A stretch of DNA of 64,000 bases. It comes from a virus. This document shows positions 42,973-53,203 of this stretch, one piece after another (position 1 is the stretch's first letter; each line of letters opens with the position of its first letter). The DNA lies in the UHGV virus genome UHGV-1410950; one strand, written 5' to 3'. Below the pieces are notes generated by a model, which searched no databases, had not been told where the DNA came from, and saw only the letters and a list, made by a program, of their open reading frames with translations. The translations under genes and the position numbers were made by a program.

Positions 42973-45876
42973 TAGCGGTAAATCGTCCTGCTCACCTTCG
43001 AGGTTGATACAGGCACTGATAGGGATCGTGGTGCAGCGGTACTGCCAGTTATCGGCACCCATGCGAAGCTGCACACTCTTTTCCGCGCCTTTGATACGGG
43101 ACAGCTGCCCGCGCAGGTTGGTAGCGAATGACGTATCAGAGATCAGCTTCTTCATTTCCGGCATTGGCGTTGAGGTAAAACCGACGCTCCGGGTTTTGAT
43201 ATCGTACTTAATGCCCAGATTAGCCAGCAGATTGCGGGATTCACCATCAAGCAGCCCGGCAGGGATGTTAAAGCTGCTCAGGCGACCGTGTTCACGCGCG
43301 TAGACATCCACCAGCAGGGTTTTAATCTGGAACATGACGCCGCTGCCACTTCGGATCTGGCTGTCCAGGACATAATTAAGCGCCTGAGTGGCGTCCTCGT
43401 CGTCACGGCTTGGCTGGTTATCAGACCAGTCAAACTGGCTCAGATAATCCAGCGCCTGCTCCGCCGTAGGGGCCTCATCGTGATCCAACATGTAGTCACC
43501 AGCCATCAGGGTACCCAGCTGATCAGTGTTACGCTGGTTGACGAATGCCTTAACGCCGACGCGACGGAATACCGCGACGGCTTTCAGGATCTCCGGCATC
43601 AGCATCACGCTACGGGACACCCAGCGATCAGGGAATGATTCATCATCCTGATACTCGCGCATGATGGCGTCGGTCTGCTCCCAGTCATCTTTTGAGTCAT
43701 CATCGCCGTCGCTCGCCAGCAGATCCAGAATCGTGAAACGGTCTGAGTCAGCGCGTTTATCTATCGCTACGTTGATGGAGCCCATGCAGAACATAGACGG
43801 TACCAGATAGCTTTGCTCGTCACCGTTGGCTGAGCCGCGTGCGGTTTTTGCGCCGGAGTCGCTGGACGCCTGCCGGGCCATAGCCATGATGGCCTCATTC
43901 TTCTGCCGCTCGCGCTTATCGTTGCTCTCAAACTCATCGATCACCACGGGCAGCGCTGAGGATTTGAGCGACTGGCGGATCCCCGCCTCGGAGGAATTAC
44001 CCAGGAAGAACAGGCCCGCACCGTCGAGAAGCCAGTCGGCGAAGAATTTCAGGATGGTTGATTTACCGGAGCCAGCCGGGCCAGTAACCCACAGGTGAGG
44101 TCTCCACGGCAGCACTCCGCAGATAGGCGCGAGGAAATACCAGCCAGCCAGCAGGTTGGCGAAATGAGGACGCTCCCAGCGCAGGCGCTCAGCGAGGGCA
44201 CGGATGCCGCCAGCCTGATCGGCAGTGAGCGGCGTCATCATCTGTACCAGCTTAGGTGCAATCTGATAGACGTACTTGCCCTGGATGAAACGCAACGGCG
44301 TGATCTGCCCGTTTACCAGCGCCTCGGTACCAAAGTGGTAAATCAGGTTCTTCCCGTCGCGCCATGCGCCCGGCGCACGTACCATAGATTCATCATACGG
44401 GCCGATAGCCGCAGCGGTCTCAAAGATGTTGCTGACAGCCATTGCTTTATCGAATCCGGCCTTACCTGACACCGGATAAGTCTGCTCCCAGTACGATAGC
44501 GGGGCCAGCGAGCACATCATTGCCTCAGAGAAGCGATGAATAGGGATCGATGAAACGATGCGCTTGGCGTTGATGTAGAAATAGTAACTATCCCCACGGT
44601 AGCCCAGCGTGCGGAAATACTGGTTTTTGGCGATGTGAGTTTTGCGGTAGAGCTCGCGCTCCTGCTCCTCTTTGCGGGCTTCCTGAGACCAGAAAGGCTC
44701 GGCTTCGGCCTTGGTCTCAGAATCGGCCTGAGGCGCGGCAGATTCGTCAGAATCATCCCACATATCCGGCTCAGGCTCGACCTTTGGGTTAAAGTAGGCG
44801 TCGAACTGCGCGGCTACTACTTCCAGCCCTTCCCGGCAGTGCAGATCGTTGAAGTCGGTCGGGTTGCCTTCGAGATCAGCGAAGTCCGGCAGGATGAAGT
44901 CACAGCCCAGAATGCCAGCCGCTTCGTTGGCTTTACGGTTGCCAGCGTTCGACGGCACGCCGTTGATAATGGTGAACTGGTCATTGTCCCCGGCGATCAG
45001 GAAGCGCGGATTTTTTCCTGATTTCTTCGTCTTATCGCGCAGCGCCTTGGCTACGTTGACGAGGTTGCCGGAGTCAAAGGTGACAATGACTGCGTGCCCG
45101 GTCGCTTCGTGGATGGATGCACCAGTGGCGTAGCCCTCGCACATGATGAAGACCGCCCGACCGTTGATAATCTGCGGCTTACCGATCATGAAGTAGCGCC
45201 CGATCTTGGCTCCGCCCGGCAGGAATAATTTGTTTGTCTTGCCCGCTGGTACCGCTGACGGCGGCACGATGGCCTGAATAGACCAGACCTTATTCGGGTT
45301 GAACACGTCCACCAGCTTAATGAGCAGCGCCGTATCGGTCAGCTTCTCCCAGTGCCCCTTCTCCTCGTTTTCGGTTGGGTGTACCCATACCGACCATGGC
45401 CCGCAGCGCAGGCCATAGGCTTTCACCTGCTTGGCTTTCAGGTAGTCGTGGTCTGCTGGCACGTCTTCGCTGGCAGCATCCCAGATATTCGTTGCGATAA
45501 CCGATTTCTTTTCTTCGCGCTCCAGACGCTCTTTCTCACGGATCGCATCGCGCTCGGCGCAGGCTGCTTTAAACGCGGCCTTTTCCTCAGGAGTCAGCGG
45601 GGCAAAGTTGCCGTCCATCTGCCACTGGATGCCTTTTTCGTCGGTCGTGCGGAAGTCTCCGAACACACCAGCCGGGCGATCATCGTAATAAAGTTTGTAC
45701 CAGCCCGGTTCACCATGTTTGGCACTCTCAGGGCGGAAGCGTTGAGGCGGGGAGCCGGGCAGCGACGGGACGATCTCGCCGTGGTATTCGATACCAGCGT
45801 CGAACATGGCTGCGCGGAATGTTTCGATTACTTCTTGTAAGGATGGTCTCGCAGTGTATTGAGGTTCGTTAGCCAT
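42970..45876 (-). CDS. primase-helicase (TOPRIM primase + P-loop helicase domain)
   Basis: N-terminal GWYKLYYDDRPAGVFGDFR primase-type motif. TOPRIM segment (FIMCEGYATG ... IAGDND). Walker A VTGPAGSGKST. Confidence 0.8.
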   Translation of the reverse strand: MANEPQYTARPSLQEVIETFRAAMFDAGIEYHGEIVPSLPGSPPQRFRPESAKHGEPGWYKLYYDDRPAGVFGDFRTTDEKGIQWQMDGNFAPLTPEEKAAFKAACAERDAIREKERLEREEKKSVIATNIWDAASEDVPADHDYLKAKQVKAYGLRCGPWSVWVHPTENEEKGHWEKLTDTALLIKLVDVFNPNKVWSIQAIVPPSAVPAGKTNKLFLPGGAKIGRYFMIGKPQIINGRAVFIMCEGYATGASIHEATGHAVIVTFDSGNLVNVAKALRDKTKKSGKNPRFLIAGDNDQFTIINGVPSNAGNRKANEAAGILGCDFILPDFADLEGNPTDFNDLHCREGLEVVAAQFDAYFNPKVEPEPDMWDDSDESAAPQADSETKAEAEPFWSQEARKEEQERELYRKTHIAKNQYFRTLGYRGDSYYFYINAKRIVSSIPIHRFSEAMMCSLAPLSYWEQTYPVSGKAGFDKAMAVSNIFETAAAIGPYDESMVRAPGAWRDGKNLIYHFGTEALVNGQITPLRFIQGKYVYQIAPKLVQMMTPLTADQAGGIRALAERLRWERPHFANLLAGWYFLAPICGVLPWRPHLWVTGPAGSGKSTILKFFADWLLDGAGLFFLGNSSEAGIRQSLKSSALPVVIDEFESNDKRERQKNEAIMAMARQASSDSGAKTARGSANGDEQSYLVPSMFCMGSINVAIDKRADSDRFTILDLLASDGDDDSKDDWEQTDAIMREYQDDESFPDRWVSRSVMLMPEILKAVAVFRRVGVKAFVNQRNTDQLGTLMAGDYMLDHDEAPTAEQALDYLSQFDWSDNQPSRDDEDATQALNYVLDSQIRSGSGVMFQIKTLLVDVYAREHGRLSSFNIPAGLLDGESRNLLANLGIKYDIKTRSVGFTSTPMPEMKKLISDTSFATNLRGQLSRIKGAEKSVQLRMGADNWQYRCTTIPISACINLEGEQDDLPL

Positions 45877-46041
45877 TATTGTTCCTTAACAAAAATCTGA
45901 CCTTATCCGCTCCATTGTGAAGATGCCGGGGGAAGGGTAAAGGAACGGAAACCCCGCTACCCGGTAGCTAATCGGGCAGTCCCCCGGCAAATGTCATATC
46001 TGACGGGTGCTAATTTAAGCCGCTTCGCTCGGAGTGTCTAA

Positions 46042-46491
46042 TCATTTTTGCACTTTTTTCTTATTGACGAACCACTGCTTAACGACTAACTCAGCCTCCT
46101 CCGGGCTGTTAGCGAAACCAGCGATGCCTCCGGCAGCATTCACCCGATCAATGGTCTCCTGCTGCTCTTTTGTCCGCTTCCCACCCTCGGAGCGTTTGGC
46201 ATCAAAGACGCTGTAAACTGCGATTTTGCTGCCCACCATTTCCGGCGTGATTTCTACAGTGATATACCCGTTGAGGTCAAGCGTGCCTGTAACAGATTCG
46301 CCTGAGGTCGTGGAGAAGCCCAGAGCGATGCTGCGGGGCTGTTTGATTAGCATCCCCTGCGGCGTCTTCGTGCAGCCGCGAGGGCCCAGCGAGGAGAGCC
46401 ATGCACGCCCGGTGTTGATGCGGAAGAAGCGCCCGCCAAGTTTCGACAGCTTGGCCCAGATCTGTTTTTGCGTTTCGTTTTCTAATGCCAT
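46042..46491 (-). CDS. VRR-NUC-like nuclease domain protein
   Basis: C-terminal FDAKRSEGGKRTKEQQETIDRVNAAGGIAGFANSPEEAELV resembles the VRR-NUC (D/E)xK ... GxxxxxxQ ... G core. Confidence 0.45.
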   Translation of the reverse strand: MALENETQKQIWAKLSKLGGRFFRINTGRAWLSSLGPRGCTKTPQGMLIKQPRSIALGFSTTSGESVTGTLDLNGYITVEITPEMVGSKIAVYSVFDAKRSEGGKRTKEQQETIDRVNAAGGIAGFANSPEEAELVVKQWFVNKKKVQK

Positions 46492-46500
46492 GGGATTCCC

Positions 46501-46971
46501 TTACTCAGGATTAAGTCCTTCACCATGCAGGTCATGCCATTCTTGGTGATGTTTTGGACAGAGGAAACGAACTGTTAAAGGTTCGTCATAATCATCATGA
46601 TGGGCATGGACATCAAGCGAGCCGCATTTCTCACATGGCTGCTTGGCTAAATGCCCGTCGCGTAAAGCGTTACCGACAGCTATATGCGCAGCTCGCTTCT
46701 TGGGGTTGCGCTCAATATAACGTTGTTTTGCGGCGTCTGCTTTTTCCTTGCCCTTACCTTTGGCATACACCTCACGGGCTTTTACCCGGTCTGGATGAAG
46801 GGCTCTTTGCTTGTCATAATCACGATAATGATCGCCATTATCATCCCGGTTTTTCTTCACATCCTTTTTAGTGCATTCTTTGCACTTATTAAGTCTTCCA
46901 TCAGCCATCTTCGGATGCTTATAATATTCATTCAGCGGCTTCGGTATGCCGCACTTCATGCAAGTTTTCAT
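46501..46971 (-). CDS. HNH endonuclease-like zinc-finger protein
   Basis: N-terminal CMKCG ... CKEC and C-terminal CEKCGSLDVHAHHDDY ... LCPKHHQEWH HNH-type motif. Confidence 0.55.
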   Translation of the reverse strand: MKTCMKCGIPKPLNEYYKHPKMADGRLNKCKECTKKDVKKNRDDNGDHYRDYDKQRALHPDRVKAREVYAKGKGKEKADAAKQRYIERNPKKRAAHIAVGNALRDGHLAKQPCEKCGSLDVHAHHDDYDEPLTVRFLCPKHHQEWHDLHGEGLNPE

Positions 46972-46987
46972 AAGACCTCATAATTAA

Positions 46988-47012
46988 AGAGCGCCCCGCA
47001 GGCGCTCTTTTT
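46988..47012. terminator. hairpin terminator downstream of ssb
   Basis: agagcgcc-ccgca-ggcgctct with a T5 run on +. The U-tract on the minus transcript is weaker. Confidence 0.4.
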
Positions 47013-47020
47013 GTTTGCGA

Positions 47021-47593
47021 TTAACTCAGCGCATAGATGGATTGTCTGCCAAACGGCAAATATTCAGGAGCAAATGGTATGTCGTCGTCAAAGTCAAGAG
47101 GCGGTTCGCTACCATTCGACGGTTGCCCGCCTTGGTTTTGCGGTGGACGCTGCTGCTGGCGTTGCTGCTGATTGCCCTGAGGCTGCTGCGGCTGGCCCCA
47201 ACCCCCTTGTTGCTGGCCTCCACCTTGGCCTTGTCCGCCCTGCTGGCCTTTGCTGTTCGGGCCTTTCTCGCCAAACTGGAAGGAGTTAGCGCGGATCTCA
47301 GTGATGTACTTGGTCACGCCATCCTGCTCCCAGCTGCGCGTCTGGAGTTGGCCCTGCACCATGATTTCATCGCCTTTGCGCATGTACTCGCCCACGACCT
47401 CGGCAGACTTATTCCACAGCACAACGCGATGCCATTCGGTCTTTTCTTTCTGCTCCCCGGTCTGCTTGTCTCTCCAGCGCTCAGAAGTCGCTACGCTGAG
47501 GGTACAGGTTGCGGTGCCGTTCGGCAGGTACTTAACCTCAGGATCACCACCCAGTCGGCCCTGTACAATAACCATGTTAATTGATGCGCCCAT
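47021..47593 (-). CDS. ssb: single-stranded DNA-binding protein
   Basis: OB-fold N-terminus. Gly/Gln-rich linker. Canonical C-terminal tip DDDIPF. Confidence 0.9.
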   Translation of the reverse strand: MGASINMVIVQGRLGGDPEVKYLPNGTATCTLSVATSERWRDKQTGEQKEKTEWHRVVLWNKSAEVVGEYMRKGDEIMVQGQLQTRSWEQDGVTKYITEIRANSFQFGEKGPNSKGQQGGQGQGGGQQQGGWGQPQQPQGNQQQRQQQRPPQNQGGQPSNGSEPPLDFDDDIPFAPEYLPFGRQSIYALS

Positions 47594-47606
47594 TTATCGT
47601 TCCTCG

Positions 47607-50390
47607 TTAGAAATATTGCGGCTCATCGCCGTTTTGTTGCGGTTTGAAATAATCCAGCACGCTGGCACCATTTTTGATAGCTGAATAGACAACGCGCATG
47701 GCGCTGATATCGTCCATAGTGAAGTTTCCGACCGGGATCCCCATGTGGGCTTCCAGCTGTTCCTCGTTGACGCCAAAGGCTGCAAACGCGGCAATAAGGC
47801 GCTCGCAGCGGTCTTTGAGCATCTGCTGCTCCTGCTCGATCTGGAGATAAACTTTCTTCATGCGGGCTTCCAGCATCTTGTGAGCCCACTGCGGCTTATA
47901 TCCACGCTCAGCAGCCAGCGCCAGCAGCTCGTCAAGTGTCTCAGCTCGCGCGGTCTCTTTGCGCTTCTGCGCGGACACGCGACGGGCTTCCTCCTTGGCG
48001 GCTTCCTTCTGGCGCTTCTTCATCATTTCCGGCGTCAGCTCCAGCATGTTCTCGTCGGAGTGATCCAGCTTGAGGGCTACTGCACGCTCAATCTCCGCGC
48101 CGCAGTCCGGGCAGACCATATCGACGCCTGACGCCGGGTTATTGAGGCGATGGATGCGCCCGGCTTCCTTACCCTCGCCGCGATAGAAGACATAGAAGCA
48201 TTTACCGCACTGCACCAGCGCACTGCTGGCGCTGCTTTTCTTCTCGGTAAAGTCCATATCGCTGTCCAGCGACCATTCGCGCTCCATTTCAGCCGGGCCG
48301 TGCTCGAAGATCATCCCGGCATGGTCGAGGACGTAGCAGCATTCTTTTCTCGGTGCCGGGCGCAGCCCGCGTCCGATAACCTGCAAATAGCTGGAGAGGG
48401 ACATGGAGAGGCGCAGGAGGATAATCACCTCGATCTCCGGCACATCCACGCCCTCGATCAGGATGCCGACGAAAGCGACCATCAGCAGCTCACGCCGGGC
48501 CAGTCTGCCCAGCACGTCAGCGCGGCGCTCGTCATCATCCTCACCGCAGAGCACTTCTGCCGGAATGCCTGCCCGGCTGAATTCATCCGCTACGTGAGTG
48601 GCGTGCGCGATGGTGACGCACCATGCGATCCCCGGTTTGCCATAGCACTTCGCCCGGTACTGCTTAACGGCGTCGCCGTTGAGCGCTGGCGTGTCCATGG
48701 CCTCCTCAACCTGCTGCTGGTTGTAGTCGCCCATCTTCGTGGTGAACTGCGAGGTATTGACGCGGGTTTCACCGACGAAATAGCGCGGACGTACCAGGAA
48801 TCCGCGACGAATCAGCTCACCAATAGAGATAACCTGAATCAGGCGATCAAAGTGCCCGCCATACTCGCGGCCCAGCGGCTTGTTATCCAGACGGCAAGGG
48901 GAGCCAGTAACGCCCAGCACTTTGGCGTTAGGCCAGTGGGCCAGAATCTTGTGATAAGTAGCTGCCGCCGACAGATGCGATTCGTCGATAACGATGATGT
49001 CAGGCGTGAAGGGGCATTTCTTGAGGCGGCGAGCCAGCGACTGAATAGACGCGACCTGCACCAGATGATGATATTGCTCGCGGTTCCCAGCCATAATAAT
49101 GCCGTGGGGAATACCGAAAGCGGACATTTTAGCCGACGCCTGCTTAATCAACAGATCGCGGTGCGCCAGCACTAATACGCGTCGGCCTTTCAAAGCCGCG
49201 TTCTTGGCAATTTCGCAAAACACGACCGTATTATGCGTTACGGTGAAGTCGCCCAGCATAAATAGGCGGTCGTTACCGGATAGCTCAAAGCCAAAGTATT
49301 CCCCCATCCCCACGGGCTCGACGGTGATCCCGGTCAGGAGGACATCTTTGATTTGCTTGCGCGGAGTTGCTTGCTTGCGCGGCAATCTGCACGGGATTTC
49401 GTCAATACTCCCGTTAATCTGGCAGCTGAAATACTCCCCTGCCGATCCGGTATTCGTACAGGTTTTCTTTACCCGGCTCTTGTACGCGGAGAATCCCAGC
49501 GAGCGAGCGATGAAGATCACACCATCCATCAGGCGCTCAGATTTGAGCGTCAGGGCGTACTCTTTGCCATCGTAATAGCCATCGGTATCGAGGATACCTG
49601 CCAGCAATTCCAGACGCTCAAAGCGATTCCCGGTCAGATAATCATGGGGGATGTGCTTATTACGGAAAAGGCCATATTTGCGCAAGCCATTACCAAACGA
49701 GCAACCACCTCGCCCAGTCTTCCCGTACTTGTTGCAGAGGTAAAGGTATCTTGAGCCATGACTGTTAAACTTGTTATTCACTTCCATTCCGATGCGGTGA
49801 GCATACATCGTTACCTCATCGATCAGCTCATCGTCACCCAGAGTGAAGGCGATATGATGACTTGAGCCGTCACCCAGCCACATGCCCAAAATATACGGGG
49901 GGATAGATAAGGGCTTTCCGCCCGGAAAATCAACCGGGGCCCGCCAGCCTTTTGCAACGTGCTTAAACGTGGATGACGACCGCAGATAGTCGGCTACCGA
50001 AATATTGACAATATCCCCTGCCCGGTAGATTTCTCCGTTACCAGCAGTGACGCGCTTGCGCCCGGTATTGGTGATTTTCAGGCTGAGGATGTGGCTTTCA
50101 TTCACGGTGTAGGCGTCGCCTTTAGCTGGCGCGATCCGGTACATTTGTTCAGTGCCACGGGCAAGCGTTTCGACACGCCTTGGATGGCTGTCAGGCCCCA
50201 TAAGGAGGTCGCCAGCGCTAACGTCCTGCACCATCTTAATGGTGCCGTCATACATCATCACTGGCGTATCTTTGGCGAGGCATTTGCCCGCACCTGTAGC
50301 CATGACCAAAAGCACACCGCGAACCTCGCGGAAGGCGACGCGTGTCGCACTGACAGCATCGCCCTGATAATCACGCAGCTCAAAAGCCAT
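47607..50390 (-). CDS. SF2 DEAH-box DNA helicase with a LAGLIDADG intein inserted in the Walker A P-loop
   Basis: Exteins carry MATGAGK|T (Walker A), VIDESH (motif II) and a C-terminal Zn-ribbon. A 351-aa intein lies between GAGK and T. Confidence 0.85.
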   Translation of the reverse strand: MAFELRDYQGDAVSATRVAFREVRGVLLVMATGAGKCLAKDTPVMMYDGTIKMVQDVSAGDLLMGPDSHPRRVETLARGTEQMYRIAPAKGDAYTVNESHILSLKITNTGRKRVTAGNGEIYRAGDIVNISVADYLRSSSTFKHVAKGWRAPVDFPGGKPLSIPPYILGMWLGDGSSHHIAFTLGDDELIDEVTMYAHRIGMEVNNKFNSHGSRYLYLCNKYGKTGRGGCSFGNGLRKYGLFRNKHIPHDYLTGNRFERLELLAGILDTDGYYDGKEYALTLKSERLMDGVIFIARSLGFSAYKSRVKKTCTNTGSAGEYFSCQINGSIDEIPCRLPRKQATPRKQIKDVLLTGITVEPVGMGEYFGFELSGNDRLFMLGDFTVTHNTVVFCEIAKNAALKGRRVLVLAHRDLLIKQASAKMSAFGIPHGIIMAGNREQYHHLVQVASIQSLARRLKKCPFTPDIIVIDESHLSAAATYHKILAHWPNAKVLGVTGSPCRLDNKPLGREYGGHFDRLIQVISIGELIRRGFLVRPRYFVGETRVNTSQFTTKMGDYNQQQVEEAMDTPALNGDAVKQYRAKCYGKPGIAWCVTIAHATHVADEFSRAGIPAEVLCGEDDDERRADVLGRLARRELLMVAFVGILIEGVDVPEIEVIILLRLSMSLSSYLQVIGRGLRPAPRKECCYVLDHAGMIFEHGPAEMEREWSLDSDMDFTEKKSSASSALVQCGKCFYVFYRGEGKEAGRIHRLNNPASGVDMVCPDCGAEIERAVALKLDHSDENMLELTPEMMKKRQKEAAKEEARRVSAQKRKETARAETLDELLALAAERGYKPQWAHKMLEARMKKVYLQIEQEQQMLKDRCERLIAAFAAFGVNEEQLEAHMGIPVGNFTMDDISAMRVVYSAIKNGASVLDYFKPQQNGDEPQYF
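49230..50282 (-). other. intein (351 aa) with two LAGLIDADG homing-endonuclease blocks
   Basis: N-terminal splice block CLAKDTPV. Blocks ILGMWLGDGS and LLAGILDTDGYYDG. C-terminal FTVTHN followed by +1 Thr. Confidence 0.85.
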
Positions 50391-50444
50391 CTTTCTCTCC
50401 GTGAACGAGTGCGGAATAAAGGGGGAAGGGGCCGCACCCGTGAA

Positions 50445-50786
50445 TTATTTTGCTTTCTTTTCTTCTCGCTCTTGGCGCAGGAATTCCCCGCGCTGTTCGT
50501 CGGTCATGCTTTCCAGCATATCCCGGCGCTCCTGCTGAGCGGCTTCTACTTTTACCAGCTCGTCGATAAAGAGATCAACGACCATGATGGATTTCGGGAT
50601 GCGCTCGAACCAGCGATCCGGTGTAGAGCGGCTAACGCCAGCTCGACGGCAGAGCTCAGCAATAGAGATACCGCAGGCATCAGCACGTTTGCGGATGTCT
50701 TTAATCCTCAGGTCGAAGTCCTCAGAAAACGAGCGTTCGAACTCAGGCGCTTTAACTGGGGGCTTAATGCCTTTTCGTGGTGCCAT
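50445..50786 (-). CDS. helix-turn-helix DNA-binding protein
   Basis: ACGISIAELCRRAGVSRSTPDRWF helix-turn-helix. First gene of the leftward replication operon. Confidence 0.6.
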   Translation of the reverse strand: MAPRKGIKPPVKAPEFERSFSEDFDLRIKDIRKRADACGISIAELCRRAGVSRSTPDRWFERIPKSIMVVDLFIDELVKVEAAQQERRDMLESMTDEQRGEFLRQEREEKKAK

Positions 50787-50857
50787 TTTATACTCCGTTT
50801 ACAAATCGGCTCGATGTTATCTAATTTGCAGCGATTACGCCACAGGATTATCACTTG

Positions 50858-50892
50858 CAGCGTCCAAAATTTGCGTATAGAATCGCCGTCAC
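50858..50892 (+). promoter_or_regulatory. candidate sigma70 promoter TTGCAG-17-TAGAAT for the rightward recombination operon
   Basis: ttgcag cgtccaaaatttgcgta tagaat in the divergent region. Confidence 0.4.
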
Positions 50893-50902
50893 ACCCCAAA
50901 CG

Positions 50903-51802
50903 ATGGACGCTAACATGAAAACTATCGGATATTCAGAGCACCCGTTAGGCTTCGTTGATATTGATAACGACGCCTATCACGCAGGGCCGGGGGTCAGTAA
51001 ATCACACCTTGACCTGATTCGTCGTAAGTCACCGAAACATTACTGGCACCGTTACCTTAACCCAGAGCGCGAGCCTGAGGAGAAGACCGTACCCATGATC
51101 GTTGGGCAGGCAACGCACTTTGCGATCCTCCAGCCTGAGCTCTTTGAGTCTCGCGTGGTCAAAGGGCTGGAACATGCCCGCCGTTCAAACGCAGAGAAGC
51201 AGGCATGGTCTGAGTTTGAGGCCGCTAATAAAGGCAATTACATCGTAAGCGCCGACATGTACGACCGGATCCGCTATATCCGCGACGCCGTTTGGTCAGA
51301 GCCTGAGTGCGCTGGCTTGCTGGCGGGGATCATCCCTGAGCAATCCGTATATGGTTTGATGGATATCCCGACGCTGGAAGGTGACGAGCTCGTTACCGAT
51401 GAAAATGGTGTGGTGATGCAGGGGCTGGTTAAGTGCCAGTTTGACGGCATCGCGCCGGACTTCTCTTATGCGCTCGACCTGAAAAGCACGGAAGATGCCA
51501 GCGAGGAGGGCTTTGCCCGCTCCATGGCTAACTACCGTTATGACGTGCAGGATGCCTGGTATGAAATGGTCAGCGAATCGGCCTTTAACCGCCACCCTGA
51601 GGAATTCATTTTCCTGTGTTATGAGAAAGAGCCGCCTTACGTGTCCGGCATTTACTGGTGTACAAAGACTGACCGTATGCTGGCATCACAGGCCGCACGC
51701 CGCGACTTTGCGAAAATTGAGCATCATCGCCGCCTTGGGGTATGGCCTCAGTACAGCGCCACACCTCGCACTATCAGCCTGCCCGGCTGGTATCGTCGTT
51801 AA
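50903..51802 (+). CDS. PD-(D/E)XK-family nuclease
   Basis: N-terminal DNDAYHAGPGVSKSHL, QATHFAIL, and D ... ALDLKS (D ... (D/E)xK) motif. Start is ambiguous (50855, 50903 or 50915). Confidence 0.55.
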   Translation: MDANMKTIGYSEHPLGFVDIDNDAYHAGPGVSKSHLDLIRRKSPKHYWHRYLNPEREPEEKTVPMIVGQATHFAILQPELFESRVVKGLEHARRSNAEKQAWSEFEAANKGNYIVSADMYDRIRYIRDAVWSEPECAGLLAGIIPEQSVYGLMDIPTLEGDELVTDENGVVMQGLVKCQFDGIAPDFSYALDLKSTEDASEEGFARSMANYRYDVQDAWYEMVSESAFNRHPEEFIFLCYEKEPPYVSGIYWCTKTDRMLASQAARRDFAKIEHHRRLGVWPQYSATPRTISLPGWYRR

Positions 51803-51820
51803 TTTAAAAGGAAGCCCATC

Positions 51821-53155
51821 ATGTATGTTACTCGCGTAAAAATTACCAACGTTCTCGGCATTGAGCACCTCGACTTTGAGCCGGGCAAAATCACTGAGAT
51901 CTCCGGCCCTAACGGCTCCGGTAAAACTTCCGTGCTGGAAACCATTCAGGCTGTGTTGAAAGGCGGTAACGATGCCACCCTGCTGCGTAAGGGTGCCGCC
52001 AAAGGTGAAGCCGTTCTGGTACTGGATGACGGTACGGAGATCACCCGCGCCATTACCGCGACCACCAGCACGACGACCGTCCGCGACGCCGAAGGTAAAA
52101 AGCAGGCTCGCCCTTCTGACATCCTGCGTAACCTGACCGACCTTTACAGCGCTAACCCGGTTGAATTCCTCAGGGCACCGAAAAAAGACCGTGTGCGCGT
52201 GCTGCTGGAGACTATGCCGCTCAAAGTGGATGCCGCAGCCATTGAGGAGATTACCGGGGAGCCGTGCAGCGCGACCGAAAACGCCCATGCGGTAGTCGTG
52301 ATCAACGGTCTGCATAAGGGCTACTACGACGAGCGCACTGGCGTTAACCGCGTCATTGACGAGAAGAAAAAAAGCATCAAGCAGCTGAAAGAGGCGGTGC
52401 CTGAGGCCCCGGCTGGCGTTGAGGGCAGCGAGGACGAGATCCGCATTGCCATTAAGACTGCCGACGATGCCCGCGACGCGGAAGAAAAGCGCATCAGCGA
52501 GAAGCTGAGCACCATTAAGACGCAGATGGCAGAAGAAGCCGGGAAGATTGATACCGCACTGGCTGAGGCCATTGCCAAGCTCCAGCAGGAAGCGGAAGCC
52601 AACAAACAGGCGCTGCGTGACAAGCTGGCTGGCATTCAGGTTGCCGCTGAGAAGCAGCGCACTAAAAACATCACCACCCACAGCGAGACCACGGCACCGC
52701 TGATCGCCGCGCTGAATCTGATTGTGGCGAACCGTGACGCGCACGCCAAACGTGAGCAGACGCTGAAAAACATCACCCAGCTGGAAACCGACCTCGAAAA
52801 ATTCCAGGATGATGCGCTGCGTCTGGATAAGATCATGGCTGGTCTGGAGGCGTACAAAGCGACGCTGCTGGCATCCCTGCCGATCCCCGGTCTGGAAGTC
52901 CGCGCGGGCGAGATCTTCCGTGATGATGTAGCTTTTGACCGTCTGAACACGGCTCAGCAGGTGAGCATCGCGGTAGAGATCGCCAAGCTGCGCACGGGTG
53001 AGCTCGGCTGCTGCTGCGTGGATGGTCTGGAGTTGCTGGATCCTGCTGCGTATGAGGCATTCAAAGCGCAGGCCGTAGAATCGGGCCTCCAGATGTTTAT
53101 TTCTAAGGTGACGGGCGAAGATTTTACTATTAATCCGCAGGGCACTGTAGCATAA
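51821..53155 (+). CDS. SMC/RecF/SbcC-like AAA ATPase
   Basis: N-terminal MYVTRVKITNVLGIEHLDFEPGKITEISGPNGSGKTS (Walker A). Coiled-coil middle. C-terminal CCCVDGLELLD Walker B/D-loop. Confidence 0.7.
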   Translation: MYVTRVKITNVLGIEHLDFEPGKITEISGPNGSGKTSVLETIQAVLKGGNDATLLRKGAAKGEAVLVLDDGTEITRAITATTSTTTVRDAEGKKQARPSDILRNLTDLYSANPVEFLRAPKKDRVRVLLETMPLKVDAAAIEEITGEPCSATENAHAVVVINGLHKGYYDERTGVNRVIDEKKKSIKQLKEAVPEAPAGVEGSEDEIRIAIKTADDARDAEEKRISEKLSTIKTQMAEEAGKIDTALAEAIAKLQQEAEANKQALRDKLAGIQVAAEKQRTKNITTHSETTAPLIAALNLIVANRDAHAKREQTLKNITQLETDLEKFQDDALRLDKIMAGLEAYKATLLASLPIPGLEVRAGEIFRDDVAFDRLNTAQQVSIAVEIAKLRTGELGCCCVDGLELLDPAAYEAFKAQAVESGLQMFISKVTGEDFTINPQGTVA

Positions 53156-53203
53156 TCATTTTTGCTTAAAGGCGGGGCGCAAGCCCCCTAACGGAGTCAT
53201 ATA

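Noticed and set aside
51686-52744. 352-aa minus-strand ORF (also 53894..54562)
   Set aside because: Antisense to the SMC-like ATPase and the 430-aa gene.
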